Shown piece after piece: positions 51,535 through 60,707 of a stretch of 64,000 nt of DNA. Numbering within the stretch: position 1 is the stretch's first letter; each line of letters opens with the position of its first letter. Under the pieces are notes generated by a model. The model saw only the letters and a program-made list of their open reading frames with translations. It was not told where the DNA came from and did no database searches. The translations under genes were made by a program, and so were the position numbers. This stretch comes from an uncultured Collinsella sp. (GTDB taxonomy: Bacteria > Actinomycetota > Coriobacteriia > Coriobacteriales > Coriobacteriaceae), in assembly GCA_900542365.1 (NCBI GenBank), contig UQNH01000001.1:33130-97129 (forward strand), read 5' to 3'.

Positions 51535-52452
51535 CTATTTTCCGAGTGGGGAGAATTCGTCGACGATGAGGTCGAGGCATTGCGGAAGCGCGCGGGCTCC
51601 AAAGACGCCCGAGTTGCTGGAGATGATCTCGCCATCGAACTGCATGCCCAGCGACGGGGTGCAGGTGATCTTGGCTTCTTTGGTCTGGATGATCTTAAAC
51701 TGCGGACGGCCGAGCACCTTGCCGGCGGGGTCGAGCGCGGCGGTGATCACGGTCGGGAGCAGCTGCACGGTTTTTACGGGCTCGATGACCGCGATGTCGA
51801 CCATGCCGTCGTTCATGCGACAGTCGGGGAACAGGTTGATGTCGTTTTGGATGACCGAGGTGTTGCCGGCCATGCAGCAGATGCCATCGAGCTCCTCGAC
51901 AATGCCATCGTGCTCAATGGTAAAGTGCGCCACCGTGGGGTTGGGCGTGGCGAGCGCGGAGAGGAAGTAGGCGATCTCGCCAATGTCGTTTTTGGTGGGA
52001 GCGGCCTTCATCATGATTTCGGCGTCGTAGCCCGAGCCGGCGATGATGATAAAGCCGTGGCGCTTCTCGTTGCCGTTTTCGTCGAGCCAAAAGAGCTCGC
52101 CCATGTCCACTTTGACCGTGCGGCCGGCGCGGCAGGCCTTGGCGAGCGCCGCCGCCTCGGGGGCATTGCCGATGTTGTTAAAGAATAGACAGGCCGTGCC
52201 GGAGGGGAAGACGAGCGTGGGGACACCGCACCCGCGCATCTGGTCGAGCACGTTGGAGACGGTACCGTCGCCGCCCGAAACGACCACGCGGTCGAACTCG
52301 CGAACGTCCGCCACCGCGTCCTCGGGCTCCATGCCATCGCCGATAAAACGCATCACGACCTCGTCGCCACCCTGCGCGAGGGCGTGCGTGAACGCGTAGA
52401 TTTCATCTGAGCTGGGGCCCGATGCCGGGTTGTGGATGATAAGGCAGCGCAT
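51535..52452 (-). CDS. Diacylglycerol/lipid kinase family protein (YegS/BmrU-like)
   Basis: MRCLIIHNPASG..., VVVSGGDGTVSNV. Confidence 0.8.
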   Translation of the reverse strand: MRCLIIHNPASGPSSDEIYAFTHALAQGGDEVVMRFIGDGMEPEDAVADVREFDRVVVSGGDGTVSNVLDQMRGCGVPTLVFPSGTACLFFNNIGNAPEAAALAKACRAGRTVKVDMGELFWLDENGNEKRHGFIIIAGSGYDAEIMMKAAPTKNDIGEIAYFLSALATPNPTVAHFTIEHDGIVEELDGICCMAGNTSVIQNDINLFPDCRMNDGMVDIAVIEPVKTVQLLPTVITAALDPAGKVLGRPQFKIIQTKEAKITCTPSLGMQFDGEIISSNSGVFGARALPQCLDLIVDEFSPLGK

Positions 52453-52550
52453 ACTTACGTTCCCGTTCTGTGACTAACCGAGTATAGTTGTAGGGCAATG
52501 CCGATATCCTACCCGTGTTTTTCGGGCCTAACCTTATTCGATGGGTTGAT

Positions 52551-53684
52551 ATGTACATTTCCACACATCAGGCTCTGCTCGACTTTTGCCAGCGCGCTCG
52601 TGAGTTCGACGCGATTGCCGTCGATACCGAGTTTTTGCGCGAGCGCACGTTCCACCCGCGCCTGTGCTTGGTCCAGATTGCCACCCCTGCCGAGAGCGTC
52701 GCGGTCGATCCTTTGGTGATCGACGACCTGTCGCCGCTCGCCGAGCTTATGGGCGATGAGAGTGTGACCAAGGTCTTTCACGCCTGCTCGCAGGATATGG
52801 AGGTTATGCTCCATACCGTGGGCGTGCTGCCGCGTCCCATTTTTGACACGCAGGTGGCCGCCGCCTTCTTGGGCGAGCGCCAGCAGATTTCCTACGGCGC
52901 GCTCGTGCAGACGTTTTGCGGCGTCTCATTGCCCAAGACCGAGTCACTGACCGATTGGTCGCGCCGCCCGCTGACCGACAAACAGATCGAGTACGCGATT
53001 GATGACGTCAAGTACCTGATCGTCGCCTATACCGAGATGATGAGTCGCCTGCGCGAGCTGGGCCGGGTGGACTGGGTACTCGACGAGTTGCGCCCACTGG
53101 CCGACGAGTCGCATTACCGCGCCGATCGTCACGAGGCATTCCGCAAGGTCAAGCGCATCAACTCGTGCAGCCGTCACCAGTTGGGCATCGCGCGCGAGCT
53201 CGCCGCCTGGCGCGAGGACCGCGCCGAGCGCCGCAACATCCCGCGCAAGTGGGTCATGTCCGACGATACGTTGCTGGCGCTCGTCAAGCGCAACCCTGTG
53301 CGCGTTGAGGAGTTCCGTAGCATTCGCGGTACCGATCAGCTGGGGGAGCGCGATGTGGACGGTGCGTTGATGGCCATCAAGCGCGGCGCGAGCTGCCCGC
53401 ACGATCGCCTGCCGCTCATGGTGCGCGGACATCGCCAGATCTCGCCGGAGCTGGAGAGCGTGACCGACCTGATGTATGCACTCATTCGCTTGGTTGCCGA
53501 GCGCTCGGGCGTGGCTACCTCGGTCATTGCCTCACGCGATGACCTGGCCGACTACATTGAGCATCCCGAGCAGAGCCGCCTGCGTGAAGGTTGGCGTTTT
53601 GAGCTTGTGGGCTCGCGCCTGGACGATCTGCTTTCCGGCAACATGGGCCTCACCGTGAAGGACGGAAAGATTGAGTTGTTATAG
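52551..53684 (+). CDS. rnd: Ribonuclease D
   Basis: IAVDTEFLRERTFHPRLCLVQIAT (DEDD exonuclease motif I), YAIDDVKYL, plus an HRDC-like region. Confidence 0.8.
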   Translation: MYISTHQALLDFCQRAREFDAIAVDTEFLRERTFHPRLCLVQIATPAESVAVDPLVIDDLSPLAELMGDESVTKVFHACSQDMEVMLHTVGVLPRPIFDTQVAAAFLGERQQISYGALVQTFCGVSLPKTESLTDWSRRPLTDKQIEYAIDDVKYLIVAYTEMMSRLRELGRVDWVLDELRPLADESHYRADRHEAFRKVKRINSCSRHQLGIARELAAWREDRAERRNIPRKWVMSDDTLLALVKRNPVRVEEFRSIRGTDQLGERDVDGALMAIKRGASCPHDRLPLMVRGHRQISPELESVTDLMYALIRLVAERSGVATSVIASRDDLADYIEHPEQSRLREGWRFELVGSRLDDLLSGNMGLTVKDGKIELL

Positions 53685-53748
53685 GGAAGCCTAGTCGGCT
53701 GAGTGGGTAGAATGCCTCCAACGTGTAACTCGATTCGGAGGAATTCGC

Positions 53749-54453
53749 ATGCCTTATTACTATGGATATGGCTTTGGCATCGACCCGCTGTACCTGCTGG
53801 TTGTTCTTGTTTGTACAGTGCTTGGCCTTGCTGCGCAGAGCTATATCAACTCGACGTACAAGACCTGGTCCAAGGTTCGCTCGGACGGCGACACGGGTGC
53901 CACGGTCGCTCGCCGCATGCTCGACGCCAACGGTTGCAACGCCGTGGGTATCAAGGGCGTCGCCGGTGAGCTCACCGACCATTACAACCCGCAGGATAAC
54001 AACCTATATCTGTCGGATTCCAACCGTTCGGGCGGGTCGGTCGCAAGCGTTGCCGTCGCCTGCCACGAGGCGGGCCATGCTGCCCAGCGTCAAAGCGGTT
54101 ACGCCATGATGAAGGTACGCACCGCCCTCGTGCCGGTCGTCAACTTTACCCAGAACACTTGGACCATCGTGTTGCTCATGGGCCTGTTCATGAACGTCGC
54201 GGGGCTCACGACCCTCGCGCTGGTCTTCTTCTCGTTTAGCGTGCTGTTCCAACTGGTTACGCTGCCGGTCGAGATTGATGCCAGCCGCCGCGCCGTGGCG
54301 TACATCGAGCAGTCGGGCATGAGCTCCAAGCAGGTCAACGGTGCCAAGAAGGTCCTGACGGCAGCCGCGCTCACCTATGTTGCCGCAGCGCTCACCTCGA
54401 TTATTCAGCTGCTCTACCTTATGGCTCGTTACGACAGAAACTCCAACCGATAA
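53749..54453 (+). CDS. Zinc metallopeptidase (Zn_peptidase_2 family), membrane-associated
   Basis: MPYYYGYGFGIDPLYLLVV... N-terminus and HEAGHA. Confidence 0.8.
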   Translation: MPYYYGYGFGIDPLYLLVVLVCTVLGLAAQSYINSTYKTWSKVRSDGDTGATVARRMLDANGCNAVGIKGVAGELTDHYNPQDNNLYLSDSNRSGGSVASVAVACHEAGHAAQRQSGYAMMKVRTALVPVVNFTQNTWTIVLLMGLFMNVAGLTTLALVFFSFSVLFQLVTLPVEIDASRRAVAYIEQSGMSSKQVNGAKKVLTAAALTYVAAALTSIIQLLYLMARYDRNSNR

Positions 54454-54541
54454 CAAATTGGGTCGCTGGGCGCCGTGGGGATTTGTGTCCCTGCGGCGCT
54501 GTACTATGTGTTGGACTTGAATTTGCGCAGGGCCGGAGCCC

Positions 54542-56020
54542 ATGTGCACGATGACGAAAGGGGGCTGCGTGGGAGGCTGGAATCTGACCGGCAATACCGT
54601 TTCCGCCGAGTTCGACGGATCGGACGAGCAGGAGCGCAAGGAGCTCAGCGTGAGTCAGGCGGTGGAGATCGCTGCCGGTGCGCTCGATGCCATTCCGCAG
54701 CTGAGTGTCCTGGGCGAGGTCACGGGCTTCCGTGGCCCCAATGCCCGAAGCGGCCACTGCTACTTCCAAATCAAGGACGACTCGGCGGCCGTCGACTGCA
54801 TCATCTGGAAGGGCGCCTACCTTAAGCGCACCTTCGATCTGCGCGACGGCATGCAGGTGAGCTTTAAGGGCAGCTTCAATCTCTACAAGCCTACGGGTCG
54901 CATGAGCTTCGTCGCCCGCTCGTTCTCGCTGGCGGGGGAGGGCTTGCTGCGTCAGCAGGTGGCTCAGTTGGCCGAAAAGCTGCGTCGCGAAGGTCTGATG
55001 GACGAGGCGCGCAAACGTCGCATTCCGGTGTTTTGCTCGCGCGTGGCAGTCGTCACCTCGCTTTCGGGTGCCGTCATCGACGACGTCAAGCGCACACTGC
55101 GCCGTCGCAACCCGCTCGTCGAGCTCGTCTGCGTGGGCGCCAAGGTTCAAGGTGAGGGCGCGCCTGCAGAGCTTATTGAAGGCTTACGCCGCGCCGCTGC
55201 CATTACGCCGGCGCCCGATTGCATTTTGCTCGTGCGTGGCGGTGGCTCCTTCGAGGACCTCATGACTTTTAACGACGAGGAGCTTGCCCGCGCGGTGGCA
55301 GCCTGCCCCGTGCCTGTGGTGACGGGCATTGGGCATGAACCCGATACCTCGATTTGCGACATGGTGAGCGACCGCCGCGCCTCCACGCCAACGGCGGCGG
55401 CAGAATCGGTGGCGCCGGCTATGACGGAGTTGGCCGACGTGCTCGAGGCGCGTCATCAGCGTCTGGGCGCCGCGGTGGCTTCGATGATTGGGTCGGATCA
55501 GGTCGACCTGGAGATGCTCGATCAGCGCGGTCGCCGCGCCTGGGACACCTATACGGCTCGACTGGGCGACGCGCTCGATGCAGCCGCGTGCCGCCCGTGC
55601 CTCAACGATCCAACGTTTATGGTCGAGCGCCGCGAGTCCGAGCTTGCCCTGACGGCCGATCGTCTGTCCGGCGCCATAACGCGTTCGGTTGGGACCTTCC
55701 GCTCCAACTTCGAGCGTCTGCCCGAGCGCTTGATCGCAAGCACCTCAGGGCTCGACGGCAAGCGCCATGCGCTCATGCTCGCGAGTTCTCGCCTGGAGCA
55801 TCAGGGGCGCACGATGCTCAGCAAACCCGCGTCCGACCTGGGCCGTGCGGCAGCCTCGCTCGATGCCCTGTCGCCGCTCAAGGTGCTTGCCCGCGGCTAT
55901 TCCATCGCGTACAGCGACGATGGTGTGGCTACGAGCGCCAAGACCTTTAAGCCCGGCGACGCCATTCGTGTGCGCATGGCAGACGGCAACGTGGCGGCAA
56001 CGGTCGATATGGTCGAGTAG
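54542..56020 (+). CDS. xseA: Exodeoxyribonuclease VII large subunit
   Basis: OB-fold GEVTGFRGPNARSGHCYFQIKD, VVTSLSGAVIDD, VRGGGSFEDL. The start codon is uncertain. Confidence 0.85.
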   Translation: MCTMTKGGCVGGWNLTGNTVSAEFDGSDEQERKELSVSQAVEIAAGALDAIPQLSVLGEVTGFRGPNARSGHCYFQIKDDSAAVDCIIWKGAYLKRTFDLRDGMQVSFKGSFNLYKPTGRMSFVARSFSLAGEGLLRQQVAQLAEKLRREGLMDEARKRRIPVFCSRVAVVTSLSGAVIDDVKRTLRRRNPLVELVCVGAKVQGEGAPAELIEGLRRAAAITPAPDCILLVRGGGSFEDLMTFNDEELARAVAACPVPVVTGIGHEPDTSICDMVSDRRASTPTAAAESVAPAMTELADVLEARHQRLGAAVASMIGSDQVDLEMLDQRGRRAWDTYTARLGDALDAAACRPCLNDPTFMVERRESELALTADRLSGAITRSVGTFRSNFERLPERLIASTSGLDGKRHALMLASSRLEHQGRTMLSKPASDLGRAAASLDALSPLKVLARGYSIAYSDDGVATSAKTFKPGDAIRVRMADGNVAATVDMVE

Positions 56021-56062
56021 ACCGCGTTTCACAGTGATAGACCCTTAGGAAAGGAAACAGAT

Positions 56063-56329
56063 ATGGCAGAGAAGACCCCGGTCGAGCAGCTTACGTACAA
56101 GCAGGCCTCGCAGGAGCTGGAGCTCATCATCCGCAGCCTGGAGTCGGGCGATATGGAGCTCGAGGAGTCGCTCGAGAGCTATACCCGCGGCGTCGAGCTC
56201 CTCAAGAGCCTGCGCACCCGCCTGTCCGATGCCGAGCAGAAGGTCTCGGTGCTCCTTAAGGACGTCGACGGCAACGACGTGCTCGCCGACGGCGAAGCCG
56301 CCAACACCGACGACAGTCTCTCGTTCTAG
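56063..56329 (+). CDS. xseB: Exodeoxyribonuclease VII small subunit
   Basis: YKQASQELELIIRSLESGDMELEESLESYTRGVELLK. Confidence 0.85.
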   Translation: MAEKTPVEQLTYKQASQELELIIRSLESGDMELEESLESYTRGVELLKSLRTRLSDAEQKVSVLLKDVDGNDVLADGEAANTDDSLSF

Positions 56330-56378
56330 CCATCCCGACCAAATATAATTACCTTGGTCTGCGAGAAAGGAACCAACC

Positions 56379-56714
56379 ATGTGTGATTGCATCTTCTGCA
56401 AAATCGCCAACCACGAGATCCCCTCGACCGTTGTCTATGAGGACGACCAGGTCATCGCCTTCGACGACCTCAATCCCCAGGCGCCGGTCCACACGCTCGT
56501 GATCCCCAAGAAGCACTACAGCGACATCGCCGACAACGTGCCGGCCGAGACCATGGGCGCCATGGCCCACGCCATCCAGGAGGTTGCCAAGGCCAAGGGC
56601 CTGGAGGACGGTTTCCGCGTCATCTCCAACAAGGGCGTCAACGCCGGCCAGACCGTCATGCACTTCCACATGCACGTCCTCGGCGGCAAAAACCTGGGCG
56701 AGAACCTGCTCTGA
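56379..56714 (+). CDS. HIT-family (histidine triad) protein
   Basis: CIFCKI... and HFHMHVLGG. Confidence 0.85.
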   Translation: MCDCIFCKIANHEIPSTVVYEDDQVIAFDDLNPQAPVHTLVIPKKHYSDIADNVPAETMGAMAHAIQEVAKAKGLEDGFRVISNKGVNAGQTVMHFHMHVLGGKNLGENLL

Positions 56715-56909
56715 AAACGGCTCACACGACGTTTTCGTCGCCGGTTGAGACCATCTTTTCTCTGCTAATGCTAACCCGGAGATGCCTGTTCAAGTGGGTG
56801 TCTCCGGGCTCGTTATTTGTTGCGAACCGGTGACAATTCGAATTCACATGAGTAGCCAGGTCGCGGCCGATCTACGCTAACGCCTTGAAATCGAGTTAAG
56901 GATTGTTTG

Positions 56910-57806
56910 ATGAATTTGTCGCAATTGGAGTACCTCGATGCCGTTGTAAGACTGGGCGGTGTTCGCCGAGCAGCTTCTGCGCTTCATGTAACGCCGCAAG
57001 CCGTCTCGGTCGCAATTAAAAAACTTGAATCCGAACTGGGCGTTAAGCTGATTGATCGCGCAGGGCGTGAGACCGCCCCCACTTCAGAGGGAAGAGAATT
57101 CGCTCTCCGTGCTCAGGACGTTTTGAACCAGATTGATGGGCTCAAGCATTTTGCCAGCCAAGATCTTCGAGGCGTTTCTCCTGATGGCCACTTTCGACTT
57201 TACGTTCCTTGTCTGCACGGTAGGGGCGAACTGTTTTCTGACGATTGCTACGATAGGTTTGTAGAGGAGCATCCTGAGATCCACCTAGACGTCTGGCATC
57301 AGCCGAGTGCGGCATGCTTTGAATCATTGATGATGGGCATTTCGGATGCCGCCGTTTCGTTTGAAGAACCTCGCGACGATAGTTTGCATTACAAAAATCT
57401 CGGAGAGAAGAGCCTTAAGGTACTTGCCTACTCCGACCATCCCTCTTTATCCCGCTCGATTCGAATCGAAGACCTCTTTGACGGCAGGGTTGCCGTTCCC
57501 ATTAACTTGGGACCTTGTTTGACTGCCCTTTCAAAGTGTCCGGAAACTCAACTTCATGATTTGAAATTCCGTGACGTGGAGTATTCGAACCTCGAGCAAT
57601 GCCGTTTTCTAAGTTCAGGAGGAAGAATACTCGCGTTTTCTGGCTCCCAGATCTGTGCAGAAAACTCATCAATCTTGGAACTCGACATTAGCGCTTCTAA
57701 AGAGTGCTACCTTCCGGTCTATTTCTGTTATAGAAAAAACGAATGGACGGAAAGGCATCGTACTGTGTTTTGGCATCTTATGAAAACTCTATGCGATATT
57801 AGATAG
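56910..57806 (+). CDS. LysR-family transcriptional regulator (first gene of the AT-rich islet)
   Basis: MNLSQLEYLDAVVRLGGVRRAASALHVTPQAVSVAIKKLESELGVKLIDR. RBS AAGGA. Confidence 0.85.
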   Translation: MNLSQLEYLDAVVRLGGVRRAASALHVTPQAVSVAIKKLESELGVKLIDRAGRETAPTSEGREFALRAQDVLNQIDGLKHFASQDLRGVSPDGHFRLYVPCLHGRGELFSDDCYDRFVEEHPEIHLDVWHQPSAACFESLMMGISDAAVSFEEPRDDSLHYKNLGEKSLKVLAYSDHPSLSRSIRIEDLFDGRVAVPINLGPCLTALSKCPETQLHDLKFRDVEYSNLEQCRFLSSGGRILAFSGSQICAENSSILELDISASKECYLPVYFCYRKNEWTERHRTVFWHLMKTLCDIR

Positions 57807-57916
57807 GTGCAGGGTAAAAATTATTTGTCGGTCTCTTCCTTCTAATTGACGGTTTTCGAGTTATTTTCCATTCAAGCGATCGCCATGTTCTGATGACAGG
57901 ATAGAAAGGATTGCGA

Positions 57917-57994
57917 ATGACTCCCCTTAACAAAACAAACACCGACGTAAGCTCTGAACGCGTTGTCTGTATGTACAACGCTTGCAAAGCTTAG
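57917..57994 (+). CDS. Candidate RiPP precursor peptide (25 aa, two Cys), absent from the ORF track
   Basis: GAAAGGA is followed by 7 nt and then ATG. Translation MTPLNKTNTDVSSERVVCMYNACKA. Lies 55 nt upstream of the first rSAM/SPASM gene and is followed by a hairpin plus T8. Confidence 0.6.
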   Translation: MTPLNKTNTDVSSERVVCMYNACKA

Positions 57995-58005
57995 CCTTGA
58001 CGCGA

Positions 58006-58037
58006 GGGGCGGCTCATTTCTGGGCCGCCTTTTTTTT
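58006..58037 (+). terminator. Hairpin plus T-tract between precursor ORF and rSAM genes (attenuator-type terminator)
   Basis: GGCGGC (58008-13) / GCCGCC (58024-29) with a 10-nt loop, followed by TTTTTTTT (58030-37). Confidence 0.6.
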
Positions 58038-58049
58038 GAAGGGGATCAA

Positions 58050-59420
58050 ATGCCATTAATTAAACTGAATGAACTCGAACTCATTAGCTTGGACGAGAAT
58101 AATTCCGTTCTTATCAATTTGATGAATGGAAACGCCGACATTGTGAATGCGGCTGTTGCGCTTGCTATTCGTTCAGGCTGTTTTGATGGGCTTGATATTG
58201 ATACGCTCGATTTACTGATCGAGCGCGGCTATGTCTTTGACTCTGAGCATGCACGTGACAAATTTGTTGAACGAATCGATAAACGGTTGGCTTGGGAGTC
58301 GACTAGGGAAATACCAAATTTCATTGTCGTCCCAACCTATTCATGCAACCTTGATTGCTACTACTGTTTTGAAAGGGCGAGTATTTCGCGTGGCATTCGC
58401 CTTAATAAAGAAATTGAATTAGATGTCGAGCGTTTTTTCTCGTTTGTGGCCAAAGTCCTTTCTGAGTTTGAGAATGGCTATGGGGATTTTGATATGTCGA
58501 AAGTGCTGGTAACAATTACGGGCGGAGAACCTCTACAAGATTTTACGTTTCGGACAATTGAAAAGCTTCTCATAGGCTGCAGAAATAGGGGCTTTAGGGT
58601 TTCGTTCGTTACGAACGCGCTTGCTGTTCCAGAGTATTTGCATCTACTCTCTGATTACGTCTCCGTTATTGATGATATGCAAATAACGTTAGATGGCGCC
58701 CAAAGGGAGCATGATTCAATTAGGGTGGCCATTGACGGTAAACCGACCTTCAATCGAATCGTCCACTCAATTGAGCTGCTAAGCTGTCTTGATCTTAACT
58801 TGCAGGTAAGAATCAACGTGACGCGACGAAATGTAGGCACGTTGACTGAAATTGGACCTCTCATTCAAAAGTTTGATCGAGTTCTATTCTATGTTTACCT
58901 TATGCAGCAAGAGGGACGTTGTCAGAGTGAGAACGTCCTTGATGAGCTTGAAGGAATTAAAGCCCTAGACAGGCTAAAGGATGAAAACGGCGACCTCGAT
59001 AACCTTCTTGTTGAGTATCACGGGAGAAAGTTGATCGAATCAATATTTAGTGGCAAGAAGTTTCATCCAAAAATTAAAACTTGCACTGCTATGTGTAATC
59101 AATTCATATACGACCAATTTGGCTATGTATATAAATGCTGGTGGGCCATGGGCAATCGGTCTCGAGCCGTGGGTTTCGATGACGATAACGGAATTGCATG
59201 GAATAAGAAGCTGCTGTCTTACTACCGGGATCGCTCTGTGCTTAAAATGGATGCCTGCCGAGTTTGCCGTTATAGATATGTTTGTGGCGGCGGATGCACT
59301 GGGAGGCTTACCCTATATGACATGAGGAAAGGCTCTGTATCATGCCCGGATTTTCATTCGATTTTGGACTATGAAGTGCATCGGCACTGCGCCTCTCGTA
59401 GCGATGAGGGGTGTTGCTGA
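58050..59420 (+). CDS. Radical SAM/SPASM-domain peptide-modifying enzyme 1
   Basis: CNLDCYYC at 58344-58367 (CX3CX2C). C-terminal SPASM motif CRVCRYRYVCGGGC (CX2CX5CX3C). About 95 aa N-terminal extension, possibly RRE. RBS GAAGGGGA. Confidence 0.8.
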   Translation: MPLIKLNELELISLDENNSVLINLMNGNADIVNAAVALAIRSGCFDGLDIDTLDLLIERGYVFDSEHARDKFVERIDKRLAWESTREIPNFIVVPTYSCNLDCYYCFERASISRGIRLNKEIELDVERFFSFVAKVLSEFENGYGDFDMSKVLVTITGGEPLQDFTFRTIEKLLIGCRNRGFRVSFVTNALAVPEYLHLLSDYVSVIDDMQITLDGAQREHDSIRVAIDGKPTFNRIVHSIELLSCLDLNLQVRINVTRRNVGTLTEIGPLIQKFDRVLFYVYLMQQEGRCQSENVLDELEGIKALDRLKDENGDLDNLLVEYHGRKLIESIFSGKKFHPKIKTCTAMCNQFIYDQFGYVYKCWWAMGNRSRAVGFDDDNGIAWNKKLLSYYRDRSVLKMDACRVCRYRYVCGGGCTGRLTLYDMRKGSVSCPDFHSILDYEVHRHCASRSDEGCC

Positions 59421-60706
59421 TGCTTGCGCAAGCGGACTTTACGACGGTTGTCGAATTTAGCAGGGTGTCGGTGTTGGCTAATTATCTGTTGGGCACCCTA
59501 GATGCTATTGATGCCGATTATATTGACGAGGATCATTCGATTTCTGTAGAGACTCTCGATAAGGCCGAATCGGCCTATCTTCAAAAACGGGGGCACCTGC
59601 AAGTCCGGGACCATGAACAGCGTGAGTTAATATGTCGTCTCTGGAGTTCCTATCTGCAAAAGCACGAAACTACTTGCTATGTCTATCTACAATTAACCCA
59701 TGAATGCAACTTGCGTTGCTCCTATTGCTTTCAAGCTTCAAATGGCTACCAGCATCGGACTATGGCGCCGGGCACCCTTCATAATATTGAATCGTGCTTA
59801 AAGAGATTGCTTAAGACATCGTGCGATCCTGCTCGGATTGTTATCGTTTTATATGGCGGAGAGCCATTACTGCCTAAAAATATGAATCTGGTTTTAGAGG
59901 CTTTAGACATATGCAAAAGACATGGCTTTCGACTTCGGGTAATCACTAATGGGACTCAACTGCCTCATTATCTAGAAATTCTGAAGCGAAGTATTGGAGT
60001 GTTGGACGGTGTTACCGTTACGCTGGACGGCGCTCGCTTTTCACATGATAAAGTTCGAAGGACGCTTGATGGGGAGGGGACATATGATCGGGTTGTCTCT
60101 TCTAGTAAAGCTGCTATGCGAAATGGGATTGACGTAACGGTTCGCCTAAATGTATCCCAAGATAATATCGATATGCTGAGACATTCCAATTGGAGGTACT
60201 CTGACTTTAAGTACGAGATTCATCGTGTTGAATATCCTCTATACGAAAAGGCCGTTTCTTTCTGGCAATTGCTAGAACTATGCTTGAATGGCTATATATC
60301 TTTGACAGAGCTTGCCGTGAATCAAGTCGGCTATTTTTACCAGATATTTGAAGAAGATCAAGCGCATTATCCTCTATTCGGTGACTGTCTATCTGGGTCG
60401 GTGCTTCTGTTTTCTCCAGAGGGGGCTGTCTATGATTGTAACGAAGCCGGTACCGATTCGGTTCCATTGGGTATGGTTGAGGATGATTCCTGTTCATATT
60501 TTGAAAGTGTTGAAAGATACCTTAGCGGCCGAGCCTTTCAGATGGAAATCCCCTGTTCAGAGTGCCCTGCCTCTCCTGTTTGCGGAGGCGCCTGTCGCGT
60601 GAGGCGCGGGGATTCCTCTTCTTATAAGAAATGCCCGTATTACTCTGATATTTCCGATATGCTAAAAAGATATATATCCTGGAAAACTGGGCTTCAGGGG
60701 GTTTAA
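59420..60706 (+). CDS. Radical SAM/SPASM-domain peptide-modifying enzyme 2 (paralogue of enzyme 1)
   Basis: CNLRCSYC at 59705-59728. SPASM motif CSECPASPVCGGAC. The ATG overlaps the upstream TGA (TGATG); GTG-59411 is an alternative start. Shares GGEPL, GFR..TN and TLDGA..HD blocks with enzyme 1. Confidence 0.8.
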   Translation: MLAQADFTTVVEFSRVSVLANYLLGTLDAIDADYIDEDHSISVETLDKAESAYLQKRGHLQVRDHEQRELICRLWSSYLQKHETTCYVYLQLTHECNLRCSYCFQASNGYQHRTMAPGTLHNIESCLKRLLKTSCDPARIVIVLYGGEPLLPKNMNLVLEALDICKRHGFRLRVITNGTQLPHYLEILKRSIGVLDGVTVTLDGARFSHDKVRRTLDGEGTYDRVVSSSKAAMRNGIDVTVRLNVSQDNIDMLRHSNWRYSDFKYEIHRVEYPLYEKAVSFWQLLELCLNGYISLTELAVNQVGYFYQIFEEDQAHYPLFGDCLSGSVLLFSPEGAVYDCNEAGTDSVPLGMVEDDSCSYFESVERYLSGRAFQMEIPCSECPASPVCGGACRVRRGDSSSYKKCPYYSDISDMLKRYISWKTGLQGV

Positions 60707-60707
60707 A

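Noticed and set aside
57963-58049. N-terminal 29-codon extension of rSAM/SPASM enzyme 1 (track ORF 57963-59420), and the 62-aa minus-strand ORF 57799-57987
   Set aside because: The extension overlaps the 25-aa peptide ORF in another frame and runs through the hairpin plus T8. ATG-58050 has its own SD. The minus-strand ORF has no RBS and lies in regulatory DNA.
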